Below are positions 18,255-27,778 of a DNA stretch of 64,000 nucleotides, one piece after another. The stretch is taken from positions 6,483-70,482 of the forward strand of contig CAZTDN010000018.1 of assembly GCA_964611895.1 (NCBI GenBank), given 5' to 3'. Made by a program: the position numbers and the translations under genes. The first letter of the stretch is position 1; each line of letters starts with the position of its first letter. The notes below the pieces were generated by a model that was not told the origin of the DNA, ran no database searches, and was given only the letters and a program-made list of their open reading frames with translations. This DNA comes from an uncultured Pseudobdellovibrionaceae bacterium. GTDB taxonomy: Bacteria; Bdellovibrionota; FAC87; UBA2466.

Positions 18255-19871
18255 TCAACGAAATGGATCAGAACCGATTACGCTGTAATCTTCATGCGCA
18301 ACACCCCATGGACCCATCTGATGCGCCTTGAACGTTGCATCCCAATTGGGGCGCTTTGATCTGAGATAATTGCAATCCTGATTGCTGTCCGCCTTTCGAT
18401 GAAGATACTCCAATGACGGCACCCCAAGGTTCCCCCAATTGGAAATCAAAACAAACGAAGGATTGCCGTAGGGGAAAGAAATCACATTCGCCCGACCGAA
18501 GAGAGTCACCAAACAGCTCTCAAAACGAGCATAGTCATTTCTGTTGAGATCTTTTTGATCATGAAAAAAGATATACTCACGCCCCCATCCAGAAGAGGTC
18601 GTTCCAAGGTCCTTTGCAGAAGCGATTTTTACTTTAAAGGGTTCATCTTGCTTGGCAAGCCTTCTGCACTCGATTTCTTTACCCACCACGTTCAGTGGCG
18701 TTCGAGAAAGAACACAGGCCTCAAATCCCAAGCGAGAAGCAGAAACACAGCTATCCGCGTTGGTCGATCTTAAAGCGAGTGGCTTGCCACCCGGATTTTG
18801 GGCCACAGAAACAACACACTGCATCGGATCAAGCGCAATTCCATCGCGGCAGTTTTCGTTGATCAGCTCCGCGCGGCACTGTCGAATCTGTTTGGAGCGG
18901 GCGTTTGGCTCCTCCCCCGCCACTACGCTCGTGCAAGTGGGTGTCTCGCTTTCTTTTTCTAGGGCGATGCACTTTTCAAACTGAAACCGCGCCCGCGCTT
19001 CGCACGGTGTGTGTCCCAGAACAGAGAACGTCTTTCCAGTGCACACGGTGTGATCCATCTCCCCCCAGAGTGCGTAGTGGCGCCCATCGATGCATTGGTT
19101 GTTCAAATGAGCTTCTTCGCACTGCTTATAGAGCTCTGGGTACGGGAGAGGGTTCATGTACACCAAGCCTAGAGGATTGGTACGCTGGGTTTGCGGCCCA
19201 GCTGCGACCGCCCTCACTTTTGCCGCTACAGCGTGAAAAGCAGGTTTTTGTTGGGGCGAAGGTGTCATTTGTGACACCTGCGTTGCGTGATTTGTGTTGA
19301 ACTCACGCAGGTACTGCTCGGCCAGAGGCGAAAGTTTCCCCCGTGTTTGGGCTTGAGCATAATGATCGCGCAGCGCCCCAGCGACCGACGGGAGAAACCG
19401 GCTGTCGACTGTAACCTTACCATTCACTACAGGAATCGGTTGGTACCCGCTGCGGGTCTTCCCCCAAACTGCCCCCTGGCTCGCGATCACGTCTGCGCTC
19501 TCGCTAGGCTTGGTTGCGGTGGATTCTTTGATTTTTTGCTTTTGCCAAAACTGCTCCGCCACGTCGGGCAACACCCCCTGCGCCTGTCGCCAATCGGTGT
19601 AAATTTTGTAGAGCAGGCTCGCCGTTTCCGGGGCGAAACTCGCTGCATTGGCAATTTCCCCATTGGCTAATTGAATTACCTCCGGCTTCCCCGTTAATGA
19701 AGTGGCAACCATCACCCCGTTCTGAGGAAATACCGAAACCGTTGCCGCACTGGTCAGAACCCCTGACAAGGTAAAAGCCCAAACCAACACCCCAAATCTC
19801 GCCATGTTTAGTCGCATCAGTCTATTATAACTTTGGGTATTAGTTCTGCCTATAACTCTGATTGCGTTCAT
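18255..19871 (-). CDS. Secreted cysteine-rich hypothetical protein (538 aa)
   Basis: Signal peptide (second Met MRLNMARFGVLVWAFTLSG may be the true start). About 14 Cys in the central region. No catalytic motif recognised. Confidence 0.5.
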   Translation of the reverse strand: MNAIRVIGRTNTQSYNRLMRLNMARFGVLVWAFTLSGVLTSAATVSVFPQNGVMVATSLTGKPEVIQLANGEIANAASFAPETASLLYKIYTDWRQAQGVLPDVAEQFWQKQKIKESTATKPSESADVIASQGAVWGKTRSGYQPIPVVNGKVTVDSRFLPSVAGALRDHYAQAQTRGKLSPLAEQYLREFNTNHATQVSQMTPSPQQKPAFHAVAAKVRAVAAGPQTQRTNPLGLVYMNPLPYPELYKQCEEAHLNNQCIDGRHYALWGEMDHTVCTGKTFSVLGHTPCEARARFQFEKCIALEKESETPTCTSVVAGEEPNARSKQIRQCRAELINENCRDGIALDPMQCVVSVAQNPGGKPLALRSTNADSCVSASRLGFEACVLSRTPLNVVGKEIECRRLAKQDEPFKVKIASAKDLGTTSSGWGREYIFFHDQKDLNRNDYARFESCLVTLFGRANVISFPYGNPSFVLISNWGNLGVPSLEYLHRKADSNQDCNYLRSKRPNWDATFKAHQMGPWGVAHEDYSVIGSDPFR

Positions 19872-19931
19872 TTATTGGAAACGCGTGCGCATTCCCCCTA
19901 GCCTTACAACTAAACAAACCTAAATGGGGGA

Positions 19932-21314
19932 TTGGAAATGTTTCGATTGTTCTTGGTACTACTCGCAGCCGCAAGCCCGTGCTTTGCCGATAAGGCAAGC
20001 TTTATTCAGCTTTGCGAAAGCTCCGTGCTTTCCGCAGACACGACCCAGACGCTCGATGCCTTGCGCAAACACGTCGAATGGAACGCCCTGCTCCAGGGCA
20101 AAGAGCGTTCTTCAGAAAAGGCGACCTGCTCGGAACTGGGTGAAAGCCTGAGCAAAGTAGAAAAATTGGTTCTGCCTGGGGGGACGTTTGCTTATTTCTT
20201 CACGCCGGATCTCACCCCTATTGCGCACTTGAGCTGGTTGAAGAGCCTCAACATCTCAGGGCAAACCGTGCATTCGCTGGAGCCCCTGCGCTTTTTAAAA
20301 CAGCTCCATACATTGAGGATTTCGGGAGTCCGCGCGCAAGCCCAAGGACTTGCCGTTTTGACGGAACTGCCGGCACTCCAGTCTCTCCAAGTAACGTTAA
20401 ACAGTGGCGAGGACGCCGACACGGTTGCCGACTTGAAAGCCATCAAGGATCTGACACTTTTCGTGGGCAATCTCACACTGAAAAACCTTCCCTACACAGT
20501 GCAGACGCTCGAGCTCCACGCCAGCCCGGAAACCAAAGTGGAACTCTCTTCCGGAAATTTTCGTTCCATGTCCGTGAATGGGTTGGTCGCGCGGGACTTA
20601 GAATGGCTCACGGCTTCCAAGCATTGGTTAACCGAACTCCGGCTCCATGGGACTCAGATCCAGGACTACTCGGCCTTGGGAGAAATGCGCGCCCTACGCA
20701 AGGTCGAGGTGGAAGACAGCAACCTCACAGACCTGGGCTTTATGAAAGAGCTCCTGTACGTAGAAGAGCTGGAGCTCGCTCGCAACCAGATCCACGATGT
20801 GGGTCCGCTCTCCGGGCTCACACGCCTACGAACACTTACGTTGGACAGCAATCCGCTTTGGAACGTTGGGAGCCAGCTCGGAACTCTCTTTAAACTGGAA
20901 AAGCTCAGCATGCGCGATGCCCGGCAGGTGGGTGTGTTGAAACTGGAGTATCTGGAGCGGCTGCGGATCCTGGACCTGACCGGGAATCATTACCACACTA
21001 TGGTCATTCCAAACCAAGCAGACGCTCATTACCGCCTCGAAGAGCTGTACATGGGAAATAACGAAGTCCGCTGGATCGATAAAGGCCTAGAGAATCTTAA
21101 AAACTTAAAAGTGCTCGTATTGAGTAGCAACAAGCTCACTTCGGTGAAAGAGCTCGAAGTCCTCACCACCTTGGAAACGCTCTCGCTAGAAGACAACAAG
21201 CTCACCGACGTGAGTGGGCTGTCTGCGCTAACAAGTCTCAAGCAGCTCAGACTACGGGACAATCCGCTCAGCTCAAAGGATTGCCCTGTTTTTCCCGCTT
21301 CTATCTGCCAGTAA
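19932..21314 (+). CDS. Secreted leucine-rich-repeat (LRR) protein, internalin-like
   Basis: Signal peptide MEMFRLFLVLLAAASPCFA. Tandem ~22-aa LxxLxxLxLxxNxLxxVxxL repeats, e.g. LKNLKVLVLSSNKLTSVKELEVLTTLETLSLEDNKLTDVSGLSALTSLKQLRLRDNPLS. Confidence 0.7.
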   Translation: MEMFRLFLVLLAAASPCFADKASFIQLCESSVLSADTTQTLDALRKHVEWNALLQGKERSSEKATCSELGESLSKVEKLVLPGGTFAYFFTPDLTPIAHLSWLKSLNISGQTVHSLEPLRFLKQLHTLRISGVRAQAQGLAVLTELPALQSLQVTLNSGEDADTVADLKAIKDLTLFVGNLTLKNLPYTVQTLELHASPETKVELSSGNFRSMSVNGLVARDLEWLTASKHWLTELRLHGTQIQDYSALGEMRALRKVEVEDSNLTDLGFMKELLYVEELELARNQIHDVGPLSGLTRLRTLTLDSNPLWNVGSQLGTLFKLEKLSMRDARQVGVLKLEYLERLRILDLTGNHYHTMVIPNQADAHYRLEELYMGNNEVRWIDKGLENLKNLKVLVLSSNKLTSVKELEVLTTLETLSLEDNKLTDVSGLSALTSLKQLRLRDNPLSSKDCPVFPASICQ

Positions 21315-21352
21315 AAAAAAAGGGAGGGCGCCTGACAGGCGCCCCCCTCTTT
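21313..21352. terminator. Bidirectional rho-independent terminator between convergent genes
   Basis: A9 run, 7-bp GC stem GGGCGCC-TGACA-GGCGCCC, then a C/T-rich run. Read on the minus strand the hairpin is followed by T9. Lies between the LRR gene stop (21314) and the stop of the 317-aa gene (21369). Confidence 0.6.
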
Positions 21353-21368
21353 CCTCTACTCATCTTTT

Positions 21369-22322
21369 TTACTTAGCGATAATCAGCTCCACGGCAAACC
21401 CGACAAATTCGGCCAGGGATTTGCGAATCTGTTCGTTAAACGCTTTTTTCTCAGGATCGCCGTCTTCTAGAGAAAGCTTCATCGCAAACTCTTGAAGTTC
21501 TTTTTTTACGTTATTAAACGCCACCGCTCCTTCGATCGAGACGCCTTCGACCGCGACTTCGAGTAAAGAGTCGTTCACGTTCAAAATTAACGCAGTTGTC
21601 TTCGTGCCATCGACGATTTGCAGCTGTTCATTCCAAGTGAGCTTCAAGCTCTTTTTGTCGGTTCGGTTTTCAAAGGCTTTGAGCAATGCGGTGAGAGCCT
21701 TTTTTTCGCTCAATTCAGGAAGCTCGATTTCAAATTTCTTTAGATAGGCCAAGCGCTTTTTGACAATCGCCTCCATGCCATCCAAAAACACGCCCATGTC
21801 CTTGGCTGTTTCTAAGTCGTCGCGCTCCTGACAAACATCTTCGAGGTATTCTTGCTCGTCTTTGTCGAAGGATTTGGATTGAATATTTGCCTCCGAGCAG
21901 GGGTCAGAGGATTTTTTCATTTCTGCTATGACGTATTTCGCAAGTTTCAAAACATCCGTCTTGGTCGAGAGCGATGCAATGACATGCATTTCTTCGGTGC
22001 CGTTGACTTCCGCTAGCTTGGTTTCGACACGAGCCGCAATGGAACTGGCTTTGCCTGGTGCCCAACGGGTGCTCAAGACCGAAAGCGAAGCCGACACATC
22101 AAGATTTCCTTTGTCGAGATCGGTAGCTTTCTCATCTATCTGGAGATTGAGCGATCCCAAGAGGTCTTTGCCGGAGGCGTCTTGTACTTGGGCTGCCTCG
22201 ATCACTTCAGCAGCAATTGCTGAGAGAGTCTTGTTAATCTGCGCATAGTCCAAGCTCGCACCAAATACGGGACTGGAAAAAACTGCGAGGACGAATGCAA
22301 ATGTGCGTGGATTCCGGAACAT
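21369..22322 (-). CDS. Hypothetical secreted protein (317 aa)
   Basis: Signal peptide MFRNPRTFAFVLAVFSSPVFGA. K/E-rich helical protein, no motif recognised. Confidence 0.5.
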   Translation of the reverse strand: MFRNPRTFAFVLAVFSSPVFGASLDYAQINKTLSAIAAEVIEAAQVQDASGKDLLGSLNLQIDEKATDLDKGNLDVSASLSVLSTRWAPGKASSIAARVETKLAEVNGTEEMHVIASLSTKTDVLKLAKYVIAEMKKSSDPCSEANIQSKSFDKDEQEYLEDVCQERDDLETAKDMGVFLDGMEAIVKKRLAYLKKFEIELPELSEKKALTALLKAFENRTDKKSLKLTWNEQLQIVDGTKTTALILNVNDSLLEVAVEGVSIEGAVAFNNVKKELQEFAMKLSLEDGDPEKKAFNEQIRKSLAEFVGFAVELIIAK

Positions 22323-22424
22323 AATCCCTCCTGAGGATGTGAAGTGTCCCAGAGGCTATGAAATTTTAGCGCTCTAATGTCAATTCCTCGTGCCGCAGTG
22401 AGCCGGATTTCGATGCCAGGTGTT

Positions 22425-22442
22425 AAAGGTACGCGGTACCTT
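22425..22442. repeat. Single 13-bp palindromic unit GGTACGCGGTACC (22428-22440), flanked AAA/TT, abutting the stop codon of the 1093-aa gene
   Basis: Read directly from the sequence. Member of the palindrome family described in findings. Confidence 0.7.
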
Positions 22443-25400
22443 ATTGAAGCGTATGAACCAATTCTTCTAACCCCGCCCGAAGGTCGCTTTCCACCACACC
22501 CTCGGCGAGACGTTTGAGGCCGGCTCGAGCAGGCTTCGCGTTGGGACCCATCCGCTTTAGCTCAGAAAGAACCTCCAAAAACAAACCCTTTATCTGGGCA
22601 GAGGATTGCCCTTCCAAATTCACGGCAATTAGCTTTGTCAGTTCCACAGCACTTACTGCTGATAACTCCGGAGCGATTTTCCACAATACCTTAGCTCCCA
22701 GCAAACGCCGCTGCGGTTCGTCCGAACGGACCGCAGCCAAAACCTGAGGCAACGCAAAGCGCGCTTTGGGGCCTATCTCGCCTGCCAACACTAAACCCCT
22801 TTCAAAATCTTCGGGTTTTGCCGGGTGCACCAGCCGTGCTTGTAGCTGGGGGAGGATCGGCTCCCAATCAGGCTGGAGATTTTTCAAGACCTGTGTGATT
22901 GGCGAGAGCCCGCTCAGCGACTTGGCACCGAGAGCCGCTTGAACCAATGCGGGAGAGGCCGGTTGGGCCTTTTCCTTGAGGGAGTACAGCTTCCAAAGGA
23001 GTTCATTCGTATCGTGATCATTGTTTGCCAGTAACTCAGAGAGAATTCTTACGGTGCGCTCGGACAACTCAACAGAAGGACTCGCCAAAGCCCCTCGCAG
23101 TTCAGCAGGAAGATTGGACCGGGTGTTGTAGCCCTTTAGCAATTGCTTTAGCCATTGCGCCGCCTCGTCCGAACGACCTGCCCATTCCACCAGCGCCCCG
23201 GCAATAACAGAATCGTGCGCTCCGATTCCACCTCGACGTTCCACACCCGCAATGCGCTTTTCGAGCTCAACCTCCAAAAACTCGTCGTCGCTACCCGCAC
23301 GCGCGATCTCTTGTAGCGCCACAAAACCCTTGGCGCTATTGGGATTGCTTGCGAGCTCCCGCAAGTACTCGCGCGCCGGAGGCAAATCCCGCGAGAGCAG
23401 CGCAAGATAACCCAGCGATTGCGACACGGTGCCTAGTTCAACTTTGCTCGCGAATATGTCTTCGTCGGCCCGATCGACGATCTGGCGCAATGGTAAATAA
23501 GCTTCGCGATCCACTTCGCCTATCTCGAGCAGTGTCCTGACGAGTAAATGGTCTTGCGTTTTTCGAACAGCCGGGTCGCCATCCGGGCGCTTCAAAATCT
23601 GAACGAGCTCCGGCACGACTCCCTTTGCATTTGCCCCCAATTTGCCCAAGGTCTCTAGCTCGATTGAATGGTCCATAAGGGACCCTTGTCTGAGATTTTC
23701 AGCAAGCACTTTAGCAAGTGCCGGGGGATCGTTTTGGAGCTGGAGTAGCTTCAACGCTGTTTCAGGATTCTTTTTTGATTTCTCATAGACAGCGCCGCGT
23801 AAAGAATCGGGATAGTAGTTTGCGAAATCGAGAACACTCCTGAGATGAGCCAAATTCACAGGCTCACCTCCAATCTCTGCCGTCAACAACCGCTCGGCCT
23901 CCTTCACAAAAAAAGCGCCCAGCTTTTGGCGGGTGGAGTCCTCTGGAATGGCATTGGCTGCAAGCGCCCACAACGCCTTTACCACGTCCTCTCTTACGGC
24001 CGAATACTCCGGATCGTCCACGACTTTGAGCAAGTCCGGCACCAAAGCTTCAAACCCACTCCACTCAGAATATTGGATCAGCAAGAGAGCGCCATAGATC
24101 GCAGGCGCAGGCTGAGCGCGCTTGAGATCGTTGCGGATGCGCTGGACCACCCGAAGCTTAGATTGGAGCGGGGCGCGTTCAAAAGCCCCTTTCAAGTTCG
24201 TACTTTGATGCGACTCCATCACAATGGCGATTAGCGCTTTCGTGTCGCCCTGAGAGGTCTGTGGCCAAGCATTGGCGTATCTGGAATCGAGGTCCTCTTT
24301 TAGTTCGGGGTGTTTTTCTACTAGTCTCGCCATTTCTTTTTCGGTAGCCGCATCGCCCTCCCCCAAACGAGTCAATAGATTCAGCTTGTACTCTGCATCA
24401 TTGGGTGAAGGGCTTGGCTGGGCCACCACCGCTCGACGCAAGGCCTTGTGAAACGCAGGGGTGACCCCCCACTTCGACAAGATCGCTGTTCCAAATACCC
24501 GCCTCATCCCAGTGGATTGAAACGCCAGGTGCACCGCCTCCTCCACCGGAGGATCTTTCCAATAAGCTCGGCGCTGCACCTGCGATGCTACGGCTACCTG
24601 GAGATCCGGCGCGCCGCTTTGAACTGCGTAGCGAAACAACGCATTCAACGTGGACTCGGGCATCCCCACAGCCACATCCAGAAAAAAGGCACCGCCCTCA
24701 CCTCGAGGATCGTACTCAGCATCCACGGAAATCAACTCTGCGAGACGTGGAAAAAGATTCACAGGTTCGGGAACCACGGCAAACAAATGCTTGAGTGCTT
24801 TTGCCGACTCTTGGGCCTCTTCCGACTCGACTGCTGGTTTGGGGTCTGCAAAAACGCACGCATCCCACCCTTTTACTGGCTGTCCAAAACGCAGCGCGAG
24901 CCGGTAACTCTGGTACTCAGGCGATTGGAAGTCGGTCAGCGCTCGGCTCAGGTCCTGGAGAAATTTCGGTCCGAGAGCAATTTGCCGACGCAGCTGCGCG
25001 GCGACTTGGTCCGTTTGGGCCGGTGTCAGGGGCTTGCCCCCCACCACGAGCGCAGTTTTCTTGGAAAGGCTACGACGCACTCGAGCCGCCTGGGGCGACA
25101 CGACTGGCAGCGAGCGGTTCCACTCGAGCAGCGCGCTCAGGAGCATCAGGGTGGGTCCAGATAGTTTTTCGGGCTTCGCGTCTTCGAGCAACGCCTGGGC
25201 ATAAAGCCACGCAATGGCATTGCTGCCGTGATTCACTGAAATCTGGATCAGCTCTTCGAGCGCTGCAATGCCGGATGGCGTCCCCCGATAGCGGTAGGCA
25301 AACTCCGAAAGTTCTTCCTCCGAGGCTTGGGCACCCAGCCCTTTGGCTCCGTGGATCTGCTGCCAGATACTGGCCGCTTCTTCGGCAAGATCGCGGTGCA

Positions 25401-25722
25401 GGTGAGACTTCGTCTCCGAGCTCAGGCCGCGCAGTTTGGCTCGGGCCTCCCAGGAAAGGTTGCGTAGTTTGTCGCCTTCACAGATCCAAGGCGTTTTCAG
25501 ACGAGTCAATTCAAACAGGCGCTGAACTTCAAAAGACTCCAGGACAGGCTTTGCCAGCAAGCTCTCCAAAAGACGCTTTTTGTCAGAGTCGGGATCGAGA
25601 AAAAGCGACTTGGGTGCCTCGTAAAACTCCAGCGCTTTGTGGCGCTGCCTAGACACGCCATGATCGTCCGCCCACACCGATGCCGCCACCAGCCCCAGAA
25701 ATCCCCAGACAGCAATCTTCAT
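22441..25722 (-). CDS. Secreted HEAT/ARM-repeat protein (1093 aa), hypothetical
   Basis: Signal peptide MKIAVWGFLGLVAASVWA. All-alpha, Leu/Ala/Glu-rich with recurring HEAT-like units (e.g. AVRKTQDHLLVRTLLEIGE; RRLLGAKVLWKIAPE). Confidence 0.55.
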   Translation of the reverse strand: MKIAVWGFLGLVAASVWADDHGVSRQRHKALEFYEAPKSLFLDPDSDKKRLLESLLAKPVLESFEVQRLFELTRLKTPWICEGDKLRNLSWEARAKLRGLSSETKSHLHRDLAEEAASIWQQIHGAKGLGAQASEEELSEFAYRYRGTPSGIAALEELIQISVNHGSNAIAWLYAQALLEDAKPEKLSGPTLMLLSALLEWNRSLPVVSPQAARVRRSLSKKTALVVGGKPLTPAQTDQVAAQLRRQIALGPKFLQDLSRALTDFQSPEYQSYRLALRFGQPVKGWDACVFADPKPAVESEEAQESAKALKHLFAVVPEPVNLFPRLAELISVDAEYDPRGEGGAFFLDVAVGMPESTLNALFRYAVQSGAPDLQVAVASQVQRRAYWKDPPVEEAVHLAFQSTGMRRVFGTAILSKWGVTPAFHKALRRAVVAQPSPSPNDAEYKLNLLTRLGEGDAATEKEMARLVEKHPELKEDLDSRYANAWPQTSQGDTKALIAIVMESHQSTNLKGAFERAPLQSKLRVVQRIRNDLKRAQPAPAIYGALLLIQYSEWSGFEALVPDLLKVVDDPEYSAVREDVVKALWALAANAIPEDSTRQKLGAFFVKEAERLLTAEIGGEPVNLAHLRSVLDFANYYPDSLRGAVYEKSKKNPETALKLLQLQNDPPALAKVLAENLRQGSLMDHSIELETLGKLGANAKGVVPELVQILKRPDGDPAVRKTQDHLLVRTLLEIGEVDREAYLPLRQIVDRADEDIFASKVELGTVSQSLGYLALLSRDLPPAREYLRELASNPNSAKGFVALQEIARAGSDDEFLEVELEKRIAGVERRGGIGAHDSVIAGALVEWAGRSDEAAQWLKQLLKGYNTRSNLPAELRGALASPSVELSERTVRILSELLANNDHDTNELLWKLYSLKEKAQPASPALVQAALGAKSLSGLSPITQVLKNLQPDWEPILPQLQARLVHPAKPEDFERGLVLAGEIGPKARFALPQVLAAVRSDEPQRRLLGAKVLWKIAPELSAVSAVELTKLIAVNLEGQSSAQIKGLFLEVLSELKRMGPNAKPARAGLKRLAEGVVESDLRAGLEELVHTLQ

Positions 25723-25738
25723 CGCAGTTCCCCCGGTT

Positions 25739-25796
25739 GGTACGCGGTTACTTTTTCCAAAAGGTACCGCGTACCTTTCAAAAGGTACGTGGTACC
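25739..25796. promoter_or_regulatory. Array of three 13-bp palindromic units in alternating orientation within a divergent intergenic region
   Basis: GGTACGCGGTTAC(25739-51)-TTTTTCCAAAA-GGTACCGCGTACC(25763-75)-TTTCAAAA-GGTACGTGGTACC(25784-96). Lies between the start of the HEAT gene (25722, minus) and the AddB-like gene (25832, plus). Can form two alternative overlapping hairpins. Confidence 0.6.
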
Positions 25797-25831
25797 TTTA
25801 GTAGAATACCGGACGATCGCCGAAGCGTCGC

Positions 25832-27778
25832 GTGTGCAATGACAAGCACCATGCCATGCCGTATCATGCGCGCATGTCGGTTGAATGGGTGGTTTTTGAA
25901 GACGCGTCTCTCCTAGAACTGAGTCGCAAGGCGTTTCCGCACGCTTCCCCAAACTGGTGGAGCTGGGATCAGTTTCTGGACAAGTGTGGTGAGCCCCTTC
26001 TCGAAGCAACCACCCAAGCAAAGCTCGGCTTTGAGACCGCTCTCAAAGACACTCCCAGCACTATCGGAGAATGGGTCGCCACTCTGGAACAGCTGCGCGA
26101 AGCCCCACTACGCACACTCGATGATGCGGAATATTGTCTTTCGCACTTGGCACCGACCTCGAAAAACCACTTTTTGCTGCGCCTTCTCAAACTCTACTTA
26201 CAATCCCCTCTGGCACAAGGGGATCGCATGGCTCGCACCGATCGCGTGGCCCAGCATTTTTCCCAAATACCCTGGGAACACCCCCCAGAGAAAATACTCT
26301 TCCTCAAAGCACGACAACCCTGCGGTGGATTTGAGGAGTTTTATCGGCGAATTCAGGAGCACGTCCCCGCTAGTGAATACCTCGAAACATGGAACTGGAA
26401 TCCGCTTCCTCAGCCGCGTTCGCGCCGCTTTCGCCGTCCGACGGTGATCCATTCCGATGCCACTACCCTCCTCAACCGTCTGTGCGAAAAAGTCTATTCT
26501 GAAACCCGAAAGGGTCGACAGGTGCAGCTGTACGTCGAAGCAAACGCCGCAAGCCAGGCGTACTTGCAATGCCGACTCGCCCACGCCATCGGACCTGATT
26601 GGAGAAACATTTCTCTGGCGCCCTTGCACCCTCTACCCGCGACGAAAAACTGCACTTCACTGGCGTATTGTGAGCCGTTACCAGAACCCAAAGGAGTGCT
26701 GGCATTGGAGCCTGGAGAGCGGTTTCGCTTGCGTGTCGCGGGGTTTGCGATTGCCGAGGTGGAACCCCACTCACAACGCACACAGGAACGACTCCAAGCG
26801 TTCAGCGCTCCGGGGCCTGGCCATAGGTTTTTGTTTCAAGTAGGCGATAAAACTTCGCTCCACGCACCCCCTCCGGCGTCTCTGTCGCCCGGTAAACAGG
26901 AAAACACCCCCGAGTTTAGCCCCTGTGTTTTTTCAGCGACAGCACTAGAAACTTATCAGGAGTGTCCAGCGAAGTATTTTTATAGCTACGCCACACGCCT
27001 TCGCCCCCCCATCTCGCCACGCGATTCATTTGCAACTATGTTTGGCAAACTCACCCACCAAACGCTCGAACAAGCGTTTCGTGAAAATGACTGGCGCCAA
27101 ATTCAAACGCCTCTACTCCAACAGATTTTCTCTCTACACCTTGATCGCGTAGTAGCGGCAGAGGGAGCGCACGCTCTCCCAGCATGGCTCGCTACCGCAC
27201 TGGTCAAAAGATTCGAGCCCGTGGCAGCTACCATCCCTCTTATGGAAACTAAACTGAGAGATGCCTTCGGAGAACTCCGCCCTTCGCGCTTTGAGCAAGA
27301 CTTTGAAATCCCCTTTGGTGAAGTGACGCTCCAGGGGCGTATAGACCGCATCGACACCACTCCCGACGGAGCCGCGCTTATCGTCGATTATAAAACCGGA
27401 AACGTCGATTTTTCCCCCGAGCAGGTGCGCAAAGGCACCCACTTTCAGGCGTTGATCTACGCCCTGGCGGCAGAGAGCCTGTTCCGACCGGTGGGCGGGG
27501 TCCTGTTTTATGATCTGAAGCTGGGTGAAATTCGCCGCGGCTTGGCCAGGAGTAGCCAGTTCCCCAAAGCTGATAAGAATTCTCTCACCCGAGGACACTG
27601 GCTCGATGAAGAGAAATGGGAAACGACCCTTTCCGCGGGGCGCGACCACCTGAACGCGACTATCCACGCAATCCAATCCGGAGATTTTCGCCCCACTCCT
27701 TCGCCACAGACCTGTGAATACTGCGAGTACGGAACACTCTGCCGAAGCAGGGCGGGCTGGACGGGAGCCATGCCATGA
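25832..27778 (+). CDS. AddB-like PD-(D/E)XK (RecB-family) nuclease with Cas4/AddB-type 4-Cys Fe-S cluster; N-terminal ~380 aa without a Walker A
   Basis: C-terminal domain: Cys in YQECPAKYFY, nuclease motifs GRIDRID and DYKTG, HFQALIY (QxxxY), then CEYCEYGTLC (C-x2-C-x5-C). No GxxxxGK[ST] anywhere in the protein. True start may be the Met at MSVEWVV. Confidence 0.7.
   Translation: MCNDKHHAMPYHARMSVEWVVFEDASLLELSRKAFPHASPNWWSWDQFLDKCGEPLLEATTQAKLGFETALKDTPSTIGEWVATLEQLREAPLRTLDDAEYCLSHLAPTSKNHFLLRLLKLYLQSPLAQGDRMARTDRVAQHFSQIPWEHPPEKILFLKARQPCGGFEEFYRRIQEHVPASEYLETWNWNPLPQPRSRRFRRPTVIHSDATTLLNRLCEKVYSETRKGRQVQLYVEANAASQAYLQCRLAHAIGPDWRNISLAPLHPLPATKNCTSLAYCEPLPEPKGVLALEPGERFRLRVAGFAIAEVEPHSQRTQERLQAFSAPGPGHRFLFQVGDKTSLHAPPPASLSPGKQENTPEFSPCVFSATALETYQECPAKYFYSYATRLRPPISPRDSFATMFGKLTHQTLEQAFRENDWRQIQTPLLQQIFSLHLDRVVAAEGAHALPAWLATALVKRFEPVAATIPLMETKLRDAFGELRPSRFEQDFEIPFGEVTLQGRIDRIDTTPDGAALIVDYKTGNVDFSPEQVRKGTHFQALIYALAAESLFRPVGGVLFYDLKLGEIRRGLARSSQFPKADKNSLTRGHWLDEEKWETTLSAGRDHLNATIHAIQSGDFRPTPSPQTCEYCEYGTLCRSRAGWTGAMP

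Noticed and set aside
24448-25652. Long ORFs (238 and 285 aa) on the plus strand inside the 1093-aa minus-strand HEAT-repeat gene.
   Set aside because: Antisense/alternate-frame ORFs with Arg/Ala/Pro/Ser-rich low-complexity translations, as expected by chance in GC-rich coding DNA. No SD and no motif.
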